Origin: Aliivibrio fischeri ES114
GTDB taxonomy: Bacteria > Pseudomonadota > Gammaproteobacteria > Enterobacterales > Vibrionaceae
Length of the DNA: 32,000 bases
Strand: one strand, 5' to 3'
NCBI RefSeq assembly: GCF_000011805.1
Contig: NC_006840.2
In this document: piece after piece, positions 1-7,981 of the stretch
Layout of the letters: each line of letters begins with the position of its first letter
How positions within the stretch are numbered: the first letter of the stretch is position 1
Notes under the pieces: model-generated
What the model was told of the DNA's origin: nothing
Seen by the model: only the letters and a program-made list of their open reading frames with translations
The model's database searches: none
Position numbers and translations under genes: made by a program

Positions 1-144
1 TTGCGTTAAAACTAAGACAATCAAACAAAGCATTTCAAAGAATTAGAAGCAGGTTGCGAAACTTCATTCAAACCATTATTAACCAAGGTACATTTGTATT
101 AGCCTAAACTCGATTTTATAAAATAATAAGGCTAGATAAATACC

Positions 145-852
145 ATGAAAAAATTATTTACTACATTAGCTGTTCTAAGCGCTCTTTCAGCAACGCCATT
201 CGCTTCTGCATCAGAATGGGGTTATACAGGAGATACAGGCCCTAACCACTGGCATGGCGTTTGCCAAACAGGCGTAAACCAATCTCCAATTGACATTACC
301 AATGCCATTGAGAGCGAATTAGAGCCGATTACGTTTAATTATGGTCAGGCTGGTGAAAACATCGTTAATAATGGCCATACGGTGCAGGTAAACATAAAAA
401 GCCCACAATCAATTCAAGTTGAAGGTAAGACATTTAGCCTACTGCAACTGCACTTCCATGCTCCAAGTGAGAATTTAATTGCAGGACACTCATATCCGTT
501 AGAGATGCACTTAGTTCATGCTGATAAAGATGGAAACTTAGCCGTTGTTGGTGTGATGTTTAAAGAAGGCAAAGCAAATCCAGAACTTGCTAAAATCTGG
601 TCGCAAATGCCTGGATCAGGAGAAGTCACTCTTGATAAGAAATTAACACTAACGAACTTATTACCAAATGATCAAGCCTACTATCGTTTTAATGGCTCAT
701 TAACGACACCACCTTGTTCTGAAGGAGTAACTTGGCTAGTAATGAAAAATCCTATTGAGATTTCATCTGAACAATTAGCTCAATTTAGAGAACTCTACAA
801 CGGTAATAACCGTCCAACCCAGGCTATTAATGCTCGCCCTATCTTAAAATGA
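145..852 (+). CDS. Alpha-class carbonic anhydrase, secreted/periplasmic
   Basis: 235-aa ORF. It has an N-terminal signal peptide (MKKLFTTLAVLSALSATPFASA|SEW). Alpha-CA hallmarks are present: SEWGY..GPNHW, QSPIDI, the zinc-ligand histidine region LLQLHFHAPSEN...EMHLVH, and the C-terminal SLTTPPCSEGVTW motif. Confidence 0.93.
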   Translation: MKKLFTTLAVLSALSATPFASASEWGYTGDTGPNHWHGVCQTGVNQSPIDITNAIESELEPITFNYGQAGENIVNNGHTVQVNIKSPQSIQVEGKTFSLLQLHFHAPSENLIAGHSYPLEMHLVHADKDGNLAVVGVMFKEGKANPELAKIWSQMPGSGEVTLDKKLTLTNLLPNDQAYYRFNGSLTTPPCSEGVTWLVMKNPIEISSEQLAQFRELYNGNNRPTQAINARPILK

Positions 853-862
853 TAACGAAAAT

Positions 863-897
863 GCCGTAAATCCACACAAAATGCTCGAATTTACGGC
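863..897 (+). terminator. Inverted repeat downstream of the carbonic anhydrase gene (possible terminator, no clear U-tract)
   Basis: GCCGTAAAT (863-871) is the perfect reverse complement of ATTTACGGC (889-897), with a 17-nt loop. No T-run follows, so the terminator function is uncertain. Confidence 0.3.
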
Positions 898-924
898 AAA
901 CAGTACTTAATTTTAAAAGAGTGC

Positions 925-953
925 TTTACATGAAGGTGGGGAACGCCTATTAT
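925..953 (+). promoter_or_regulatory. Sigma70-type promoter of tRNA-Ser copy 1
   Basis: -35 TTTACA (925-930), a 17-nt spacer, and -10 TATTAT (948-953). A GC-rich discriminator (CACCGCG) lies just upstream of the tRNA 5' end at 964, as is typical of stable-RNA promoters. Confidence 0.7.
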
Positions 954-963
954 TCACCGCGTT

Positions 964-1054
964 GGAGGGATGGCTGAGTGGTCGAAAGCACCGGTCTTGA
1001 AAACCGGCAAGGGTTAATAGCCCTTCTAGGGTTCAAATCCCTATCCCTCCGCCA
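964..1054 (+). tRNA. tRNA-Ser (anticodon UGA), class II with long variable arm, encoded CCA
   Basis: Acceptor stem GGAGGGA/TCCCTCC followed by G-CCA. Anticodon stem CCGGT/ACCGG with loop CT-TGA-AA. Long variable arm (GGGTTAATAGCCC). T-arm GGGTTCAAATCCC. Confidence 0.95.
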
Positions 1055-1062
1055 CTTTCTAA

Positions 1063-1089
1063 GCCCTAGCAGAAATGCTGGGGCTTTTT
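1063..1089 (+). terminator. Rho-independent terminator of tRNA-Ser copy 1
   Basis: Stem GCCCTAGCA / TGCTGGGGC (9 bp including one G-U pair), GAAA tetraloop, then TTTTT. Confidence 0.85.
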
Positions 1090-1351
1090 CGTATACGCAA
1101 ATAAAAATTGCTTTCAAAAAAATAAGTCATAAAGCCCTTCTCTTTGTTGGTAATAATCAAAAAGCACTGCCGCTTATCTAAATACCTACTATTCAAGTAA
1201 CAACTAAAAATCGATATAAACAAACACATAAAAACAATAGATACTTAAAAACCGATCTCTTATTTTTTGTTCAACATCAAATCAATCTTGCCTAACAATA
1301 AAGCGAAATGTTCGATTTTAAAGCAAATGATGCGTAATTTAAAAAGAGTGC

Positions 1352-1380
1352 TTTACATGAAGGTGGGGAACGCCTATTAT
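1352..1380 (+). promoter_or_regulatory. Sigma70-type promoter of tRNA-Ser copy 2
   Basis: Identical -35 TTTACA, 17-nt spacer and -10 TATTAT as in copy 1, shifted by 427 bp. Confidence 0.7.
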
Positions 1381-1390
1381 TCATCGCGTT

Positions 1391-1481
1391 GGAGGGATGG
1401 CTGAGTGGTCGAAAGCACCGGTCTTGAAAACCGGCAAGGGTTAATAGCCCTTCTAGGGTTCAAATCCCTATCCCTCCGCCA
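1391..1481 (+). tRNA. tRNA-Ser (anticodon UGA), second identical copy
   Basis: The sequence is identical to 964..1054. Confidence 0.95.
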
Positions 1482-1489
1482 CTTTCTAA

Positions 1490-1516
1490 GCCCTAGCAGA
1501 AATGCTGGGGCTTTTT
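1490..1516 (+). terminator. Rho-independent terminator of tRNA-Ser copy 2
   Basis: Same hairpin and T-run as 1063..1089. Confidence 0.85.
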
Positions 1517-1951
1517 CGTATCTATAGTTCAATCATACGTTAGAGCATACTTATTCGTAAGTATCATCATTAACTACAGCTCCCAACACCAAAGATAATG
1601 AGGTTTTGCTCTACGTTATTACTTTACTCTCACTTATTTTCTTTAACCTAAATAATCTATATTCCAGCCTTTACTTATATCACTCCCTTACAAATATAAT
1701 CACTATATATTAATCATTATATTTTCTATCAAAATAAGAAAACAATTAATAACATTCGCAAAATTTAGTTTTTAATAATTATATAGAAGCTATAAATTCT
1801 CTTACAAATTTAAAATTGATAGATTTAATTTAATTAGAGTAAACTCGAAAAAATTAACAACTCCCAAAGAAAGATAAATAAAGTCAAAAAGCCCCAGCTC
1901 AATTATAAATAAATTAAATATATTATTAATTTTACCTAAGATGATCACATC

Positions 1952-3838
1952 ATGAATCTAACATTAAAAAATACAGTTTTTATATCCACATTTTCACTGT
2001 TATTTATAATATCAATAATTTTAACAGGAACAGGATATTTTACATTTAAAAATTACAACATTAACTCTACTGAAGAACATAAAAAAAATATTGGTGCTTT
2101 ATTAGCTATCTCATTAGAAGAGAACATAAACAGTTATTTTACTGCTATGGAAGCCTTATCTATCGATTTCGATAGCAATGGAAATATCAGTGATATAAAA
2201 CAAGCAACAACGAGTTTAGAATTATTACGTAAAAGTACGAATGTACCTTTAGTCTCTATTGGACTTAAGAATGGGTTAACGTTTGAAAATGGTGCTTTTA
2301 TCCCTAATTTCAATGCAAAGGAAATGAAGAGAGAATGGTATCAGCGTACATTCAATGGTGAAACTAAAGTTATCACACAAGCTTATAACGATGCCGCAAC
2401 TAACCGTACTGTTTTCGCCTTTTCAAGTCCCCTTTATAAAAACAATGAAATTATTGCTGCAGTAGTTATTACAATTGAATTAGATACAATTAAAGAATTC
2501 ATTAGTAAACTTACACCTGAGAATCAGGTTTTTGTCTACGACAACAGTGGATATATTGTCTCTGCTCGTAGGGACCACTTAATCGGTAAAAATATATTTT
2601 CTGAACGTCCTGAATATAAAAGCTTTATTAATAATGAACTAAATTACAGCATTGATAATCGATATGTATCAGCGTATAAAATAGAAGCACCATCAATAAA
2701 TTGGAATGTTGTAAGTTATGAATGGGACGATGTTATTGCTCAACCAAGTAAAGACATGTTAATTGATTCAATAATATTATTTGTTATCGTATTAAGTATC
2801 GCCCTGATTCTTGTTCACTTTTTATTAATAAGATTAATTTATGCACCAATAGGTGGAGAGCCCGCTTATATTTCTTCTATTCTATCAAATATCGCAAATG
2901 GTAACCTATCTGAAAAATTCACAATTACAGGCAAGGAAACAGGGATTTACGCATCCGCTATTGCCCTTAATCAAAAGTTATCATCAATAATCAAAAATAG
3001 CTTATTACTTTCTGATAGCGTGTCTTCGGCTTCCGAAGAACTAACACTAGTGATGAATGACACTTCAAACAACTCTCAACAAGAGTTAACCCAAGTTGAA
3101 GCTATCTCAACAGCGATAAACGAACTTTCGAGTACATCAAAAGAAGTGAGTATCAATGCGCTGCATGCGGAAAATGAAACACAAAACGCAATCAATAATG
3201 TGACGAAAGGATTAGAGGTTCTTAATTCTTCGATTTCGCTAGCTAGCAATATCAATGATTCTGTTCAGCAAACAGCGGACATGATCTCAGAGCTTAAAAT
3301 TAACTCTAACAATATTGGAGAAGTAACAACGGTTATCAGCTCTATTTCAGAACAAACTAACTTACTTGCACTAAACGCAGCAATCGAAGCTGCTCGTGCT
3401 GGAGAGCAAGGACGAGGCTTTGCTGTTGTCGCTGATGAAGTCCGAAATTTAGCGGCAAAAACTCAAGAATCGACAAAAAACATTCAAGAAATCATTCTTA
3501 AATTACAAGAGCAATCTGAAATTGCCAATACGAATATTGCTTCGAATGTTGTTGCTATTCAAGAGTATATAAATCTGTCTGAAGATGTAAAAACTTCATT
3601 TGATAACATCGTTCTTTCTGTTCAATCTATCTCTGATGTTAATACTCTTGTGGCAACAGCTTCACAAGAACAGTTAGCGGTAACAGAAAATATTGCTCAA
3701 AATACAACGGCTACTTTTGATTTAGTACACCAAAACGTATCGGCAATAAACCAAACACAACAAGCTGCTGCTGAACTTTCGCAATTAGCTGTATCACAAA
3801 AAAATGAGTTATCTTTCTTTTTAATAGATGATAAATAA
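1952..3838 (+). CDS. Methyl-accepting chemotaxis protein (two TM helices, Cache-like periplasmic sensor, cytoplasmic signalling domain)
   Basis: 628-aa ORF. TM1 lies at about aa 9-31, followed by a ~240-aa periplasmic domain and TM2 ([20 protein letters not shown]). The highly conserved MCP hairpin motif [35 protein letters not shown] is present. Confidence 0.95.
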   Translation: MNLTLKNTVFISTFSLLFIISIILTGTGYFTFKNYNINSTEEHKKNIGALLAISLEENINSYFTAMEALSIDFDSNGNISDIKQATTSLELLRKSTNVPLVSIGLKNGLTFENGAFIPNFNAKEMKREWYQRTFNGETKVITQAYNDAATNRTVFAFSSPLYKNNEIIAAVVITIELDTIKEFISKLTPENQVFVYDNSGYIVSARRDHLIGKNIFSERPEYKSFINNELNYSIDNRYVSAYKIEAPSINWNVVSYEWDDVIAQPSKDMLIDSIILFVIVLSIALILVHFLLIRLIYAPIGGEPAYISSILSNIANGNLSEKFTITGKETGIYASAIALNQKLSSIIKNSLLLSDSVSSASEELTLVMNDTSNNSQQELTQVEAISTAINELSSTSKEVSINALHAENETQNAINNVTKGLEVLNSSISLASNINDSVQQTADMISELKINSNNIGEVTTVISSISEQTNLLALNAAIEAARAGEQGRGFAVVADEVRNLAAKTQESTKNIQEIILKLQEQSEIANTNIASNVVAIQEYINLSEDVKTSFDNIVLSVQSISDVNTLVATASQEQLAVTENIAQNTTATFDLVHQNVSAINQTQQAAAELSQLAVSQKNELSFFLIDDK

Positions 3839-3865
3839 TACAAAGAAGTGACAATAAGATATTTA

Positions 3866-3895
3866 AAGCCCTAACAGAGATGCTAGGGCTTTTTA
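3866..3895. terminator. Rho-independent terminator between the convergent MCP and nucleosidase genes
   Basis: Stem GCCCTAACA / TGCTAGGGC with a GAGA loop, then TTTTT on the plus strand. It is a near-copy of the tRNA-Ser terminator hairpin. Confidence 0.8.
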
Positions 3896-3908
3896 TATAT
3901 GCGGGTAA

Positions 3909-4724
3909 TTATTTTTGCTTCGCAATCCACTGTTTAACAAAATCAATTACGTATTTTTGGTTAGTAATTGCCGTTGCAGGATCAAAATCTTGATTATGTA
4001 AATCTGTGTTCGATAAGATTCGAATACCGATAAATGGTACTTTATAAGCCTCTGCAACTAATGCTGCTGATGAGCTCTCCATCTCTTCTGCCGCAGTTTG
4101 GTAGGTTTTGTGTAGCCAATTAATTCTAGCAACTTCTCGGTTCCATTCATCAGCGGTACCAATCACGCCTTTAACCACTTTGCCTTGAGCAGGATGCTTT
4201 ACATTCTTATAAGCAAAGTCCACTAACTCTGGAGTTGAATAAAATGCGTCATGCTCAACAAACTTATTATCTTCTCTTAATCGCATTGTTACTGTGAAGT
4301 TTTTCCATTTTTCAGGTTGAATACCTTCTTCTACTTTAGAGAATTCAGAGCGATTTGCTCCCATATTGAAGCTCTTAACGGCTAAAACAATATCACCACG
4401 GTAAAGCTCTGGATCATGACCACCAGAAGTCCCTTGGTTGATAATCATGCCTGGTGAAAACTTCTCAATAGCTAGAGTTGTTGATGCTGATGCATTAGCA
4501 ATACCCACTTCAGTTCTTGACACAATGACTGGATAATCATCAATAGTTCCAGTCCAAAACGTCCAAGAGCCAAAAGTTACCTCTTGTTTGTTTTGTAACT
4601 GCTCAACCATATAGTTAACTTCGACATCCATGGCGCCTTGTAAAACAATAGGCTTTGGTGCTGCAGCTAAAGAAAACGAAACAAGCGTAAATAAACTAGC
4701 AAGAAAATAACGAAGGTACTGCAT
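3909..4724 (-). CDS. MTA/SAH nucleosidase (Pfs/MtnN, PNP_UDP_1) family protein with N-terminal signal peptide
   Basis: Pfs-like motifs are present: [33 protein letters not shown] and IRILSN. I chose the ATG at 4724 ([25 protein letters not shown]), which is preceded by AGGGA. The longer ORF to 4790 starts with TTG and adds a non-signal-like extension. Confidence 0.85.
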   Translation of the reverse strand: MQYLRYFLASLFTLVSFSLAAAPKPIVLQGAMDVEVNYMVEQLQNKQEVTFGSWTFWTGTIDDYPVIVSRTEVGIANASASTTLAIEKFSPGMIINQGTSGGHDPELYRGDIVLAVKSFNMGANRSEFSKVEEGIQPEKWKNFTVTMRLREDNKFVEHDAFYSTPELVDFAYKNVKHPAQGKVVKGVIGTADEWNREVARINWLHKTYQTAAEEMESSSAALVAEAYKVPFIGIRILSNTDLHNQDFDPATAITNQKYVIDFVKQWIAKQK

Positions 4725-4804
4725 GTATATATCCCTAATTAATATTTTTATGATTAAAAATTTTGGCGGATAATACAGGAACACCAACAAAAAGCAATCG
4801 TTTG

Positions 4805-5305
4805 CTATTTTATTTCACACTCTGTCAAATTCTTGAGCATCCAAACATCACATCCATTGTGTTCAGTTCCATCAAGAGGCTTAGATAAACGCTTAAAGCC
4901 TAAATCTTCATAGAGAAAGATCGCAGACTTCATACTGGATAGCGTGTCTAGGTAACACTGAGCATACCCAACCTCTTTTGCAAACTTTAAGATTTTCCCC
5001 GCAATAGTTTTACCGAACCCACGTCCTCTTGCTTCTGGTAGGAGAAACAATTTTTTCAATTCACAGATCGTTCCACTGTTATTAAATGGCGATAAACCAC
5101 AACCTCCCACCACTCTGTCATTAAGTAGTAGGATAAGATATTTACTTTTTTCTTTTGGATTATAGTGAGCACTCATTTCTAACACTTCGTCATCACCAGG
5201 TCCAAATCCTTCTCCAACAGCACCGAATTCGACACCTACATTTTTAATGATGTAGCAAATGTCATTATCGTGCTCACTAGATATATCTACGATTCGATAT
5301 TTCAT
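4805..5305 (-). CDS. GNAT-family N-acetyltransferase
   Basis: 166-aa ORF with the acetyl-CoA binding motif region [24 protein letters not shown] start preceded by GGAGA. Confidence 0.88.
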   Translation of the reverse strand: MKYRIVDISSEHDNDICYIIKNVGVEFGAVGEGFGPGDDEVLEMSAHYNPKEKSKYLILLLNDRVVGGCGLSPFNNSGTICELKKLFLLPEARGRGFGKTIAGKILKFAKEVGYAQCYLDTLSSMKSAIFLYEDLGFKRLSKPLDGTEHNGCDVWMLKNLTECEIK

Positions 5306-5399
5306 TTTAATTCTCCGAAATCAGCTATTTTTCATTATAGAAAAATAAATAGAACATAATGCTGCCAAAAATTGATTGTGTGGGCTCAGTACAGATTTT

Positions 5400-5545
5400 G
5401 ATCACAGAGAAAGTTATTTCTTTTCATTAATTACATATTTTATAAATCACGAAATTAATTACATTAGATCACAACTAAATGACGCCTTTTGTTTCTGATT
5501 TGATGCGTTTTACAAAAAAATAGATAAATTGCCACATTGATCACA
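5400..5545. repeat. Three copies of heptamer GATCACA (5400-5406, 5467-5473, 5539-5545) in a divergent promoter region
   Basis: Read directly from the sequence: TTTGATCACAG, ACATTAGATCACAA, ACATTGATCACAT. Each copy contains a GATC. The function is unknown. Confidence 0.5.
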
Positions 5546-5580
5546 TTTCTCCTAAACCAACGCATTACCTATCATCAACA

Positions 5581-7980
5581 ATGACGTCTTATTTCGTCAT
5601 AAATATTGAGACTTTTTCGTCACTTATGAATAATATTGTTACTCATTTTCTTTTAGCGTTTGCTCTATTCTGTTCCTCACAAGCTTCTGCTGAATGGGGT
5701 ATTAATACCTACAACCCAGTATCAATCTCGGAATCTGCACAAAAGATTGCGGCCGATATTAAACAGCTACCCGAACAGCACTTTTTCTCAAATAACGAAT
5801 ATCGACAAGTAAAAGAGTTGATGTCTCGAACTCTGTTTGAGCAAAATAAACAATTAAAAACATTAGAAGACTCTTTAGTTAACTATCGAAATGATGCGAC
5901 AGACAAAAACTGGGCAAAGGTAGAACAAAATCATCGCTCACTGACATCGTTAAACGTGAGCAAAGAGAAGTTATTGCTACTTAGTGATACAAAAACACGC
6001 GACCAACTCACTGGATTTGGTCCTCGTGGTGTTACTCAGTTTTATTCTGAATTACGTATTACAAAACAAAATATTCAATACTATATTCACTACCAACTGC
6101 GCAGTTTTAAAAAACTACTGAGTGATTTAGCTATTTCACCAGTACCTATGATTAGCGTGCTGTTTAAAGTGTTGTGTATCATGTTTATCTTTAATTGGTG
6201 GATGCGTAACAGCGATCGTCTAATTCACGACTTTAAAGTGTCTAAGCTAAAGAGCACTTCAAATCCAAGTTTGCTGATCCGTACTATTTGGTATTGCAGT
6301 CGTGCGCATAAAGCCATTGCATACTTGCTACTAATTACAGCGACATTACGCATTATTTCAACGTTACCAAGCTTACAGCATCTGATTTTCTTAGAGATCT
6401 TCACATGGTGGATCTTAGGTGGTTCCATTGCGGTAAGTTTTATTCTTGAATTTGCTTTCCGTAATAGCAAACACAATAAAAAAGAAAATATTGCACTTCG
6501 CTTATCCACGATTCGCCGTTATGTATGGGGGATAATTGTCGCTGGTGTGATTTTACAGATCTCATCAAGAACATTAGGCCAAGGAACCATTTATGCATGG
6601 ATTAACTCCTTTGTTGCTTTGTTCTTTGTATTACTGACGATCATCAGCTTGAAGCAATGGAACAACACTATCTTTAGTCGTATTGATCGTTTCGAAACCT
6701 ACCCTATTTCGGTTCAATGGGCGATCCGTAATAAAGATTCAATGTTTATGTCTATTCCAGCAACCGCTTGCTGTGCTGCGTGGCTAATAGGCAGAACACT
6801 GCAACATCTTGTGCTTTCGACTTTGTCACAATACGCTGCATTCAGTCATGCCCTTGCTTACCTATTTAGAATAGAAGTGGCTAAACAAACAGAAGTCTCA
6901 CGTGAACAATCGAACCTTGTGCGTGTAAAAGGTCCACTAGCATTTGACTATATTGCACCTGGCTCTGAAGAATCCGAACTTATCGAAGATTATGCTAAAG
7001 ATGAAATCATCTCTCTGTCACGCTACTTGTTAACTGACAGCCCAGCGGTATGTGTATTATCTGGCGAGCGTGGCGTAGGTACGACAACGGTACTTAAACG
7101 CATTCTGAATAAAACTAAAAACGCAGTACCTATTTACATTAACTGCCCTTACGACGGTTACGCTGCACTATTACCAGAGTTAGCTCAATTACTAGGATTA
7201 GATGCAGAATCATCTGAAAAAGATATCTTACAACACCTAAGAAACAGCGAGCAGTGCTACCTAATCGCTTTTGATAATGCACAACGATTAGTAAAACCAA
7301 AAGTGAACGGGTTAGTTGAACTAATGAAGTTAACCAACCTACTAAGACGTGCACGTAAGAGTCACCGTGTGGTTTTATCCATTGATAAATCAAGCTGGCG
7401 TTTTATTGACCGTGCTCGTGGCGAACGTTTATTGTTTGATCTTGTTACGTTTATGCCTAAATGGACAGAGAAAGAAATTGGTCAACTGCTTGATTCACGT
7501 ATCGTAAAAGAAAATAACGTAAACACCATTTCGTTTGATGGGTTAGTGCTGCCTAGACAATGGGATGAAGATAATTTAAGTGATGAAGAACGCGCTAAAA
7601 ATGGCTTCTACCGTATTTTATGGGACTACTCAGATGGTAACCCTACGGTTGCGCTGCGCTTCTTTAGATTGTCACTATTTAGAGATAAAGACACAGATGC
7701 CATTTTAGTTCGTCTATTTAGAGCTCCACAATCGGATGATTTAGAAACCATGCCAAAACCAATGTTGGCCGTACTTCGCTCTATCGTACAGTTGGAAGTC
7801 GCTTCCCCTGAAGATCTGTGTGATTGTAGTCGTCTGAGCATTGCGGAAGTCATTAGTACACTACGCTACTTCCAGAGCCGTGGTTACATTGAATGGAATG
7901 ATGAAAAAGCACGTATATCAGACCACTGGTATCGTCATATTACTAACGTATTACATCGTCAACACTTACTGGTGAAATAA
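5581..7980 (+). CDS. Multi-pass membrane protein with a periplasmic helical N-domain and a C-terminal ExeA/ORC-like P-loop domain (degenerate Walker A and B) plus a winged-helix-like tail
   Basis: 799-aa ORF. Signal-peptide-like segment LLAFALFCSSQASA|EW; an alternative ATG at 5626 (MNNIVTHF...) gives a cleaner signal peptide. About 6-7 hydrophobic helices lie between aa 186 and 430. The P-loop-like motif is GERGVGTTT (7063..7089) and the Walker-B-like motif is LIAFDNAQ. No function is known to me. Confidence 0.8.
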   Translation: MTSYFVINIETFSSLMNNIVTHFLLAFALFCSSQASAEWGINTYNPVSISESAQKIAADIKQLPEQHFFSNNEYRQVKELMSRTLFEQNKQLKTLEDSLVNYRNDATDKNWAKVEQNHRSLTSLNVSKEKLLLLSDTKTRDQLTGFGPRGVTQFYSELRITKQNIQYYIHYQLRSFKKLLSDLAISPVPMISVLFKVLCIMFIFNWWMRNSDRLIHDFKVSKLKSTSNPSLLIRTIWYCSRAHKAIAYLLLITATLRIISTLPSLQHLIFLEIFTWWILGGSIAVSFILEFAFRNSKHNKKENIALRLSTIRRYVWGIIVAGVILQISSRTLGQGTIYAWINSFVALFFVLLTIISLKQWNNTIFSRIDRFETYPISVQWAIRNKDSMFMSIPATACCAAWLIGRTLQHLVLSTLSQYAAFSHALAYLFRIEVAKQTEVSREQSNLVRVKGPLAFDYIAPGSEESELIEDYAKDEIISLSRYLLTDSPAVCVLSGERGVGTTTVLKRILNKTKNAVPIYINCPYDGYAALLPELAQLLGLDAESSEKDILQHLRNSEQCYLIAFDNAQRLVKPKVNGLVELMKLTNLLRRARKSHRVVLSIDKSSWRFIDRARGERLLFDLVTFMPKWTEKEIGQLLDSRIVKENNVNTISFDGLVLPRQWDEDNLSDEERAKNGFYRILWDYSDGNPTVALRFFRLSLFRDKDTDAILVRLFRAPQSDDLETMPKPMLAVLRSIVQLEVASPEDLCDCSRLSIAEVISTLRYFQSRGYIEWNDEKARISDHWYRHITNVLHRQHLLVK

Positions 7981-7981
7981 C

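Larger units (their letters stand above)
908..1521 (+). repeat. Tandem direct duplication of a 187-bp promoter-tRNA-Ser-terminator unit (908..1094 and 1335..1521, offset 427 bp)
   Basis: By-eye alignment shows the two units are identical except for 2 substitutions (about 914/1341 and 957/1384). They are separated by a unique 240-bp AT-rich spacer. Confidence 0.9.

Noticed and set aside
978-1181. 67-aa ORF in the ORF track
   Set aside because: It lies on top of tRNA-Ser copy 1 and its terminator. The 'protein' is simply the tRNA sequence translated, so it is a spurious ORF.
964-3895. tRNA-Ser as an attachment site for an integrated genomic island or prophage
   Set aside because: No integrase, excisionase or other mobility gene is present. 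I found no direct repeat of the tRNA 3' end downstream. Only a single MCP gene lies next to the tRNAs. The weaker 'acquired islet' idea is kept as a low-interest finding.
3909-4790. Longer N-terminal extensions from the ORF track (3909..4790, 8925..9791, 11469..11762, 12161..13132)
   Set aside because: The extended versions of 3909..4790, 8925..9791 and 11469..11762 begin at TTG or GTG codons. All four lack a Shine-Dalgarno sequence and add residues that destroy the signal peptide or the N-terminus. Internal ATGs (with a clear RBS at 4724 and 13054) were preferred.
4805-5305. GNAT gene as the toxin of a GNAT/RHH-type toxin-antitoxin pair
   Set aside because: No small antitoxin ORF is adjacent upstream or downstream. 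The upstream region is a 275-bp divergent promoter, and the downstream gene is an 815-bp nucleosidase gene.
6225-7853. Antisense ORFs 6225..6509, 7139..7393 and 7626..7853 inside the 799-aa gene
   Set aside because: They are entirely nested antisense to a long, well-supported ORF. They have no RBS or promoter context and their sequences are low-complexity. They are chance ORFs.
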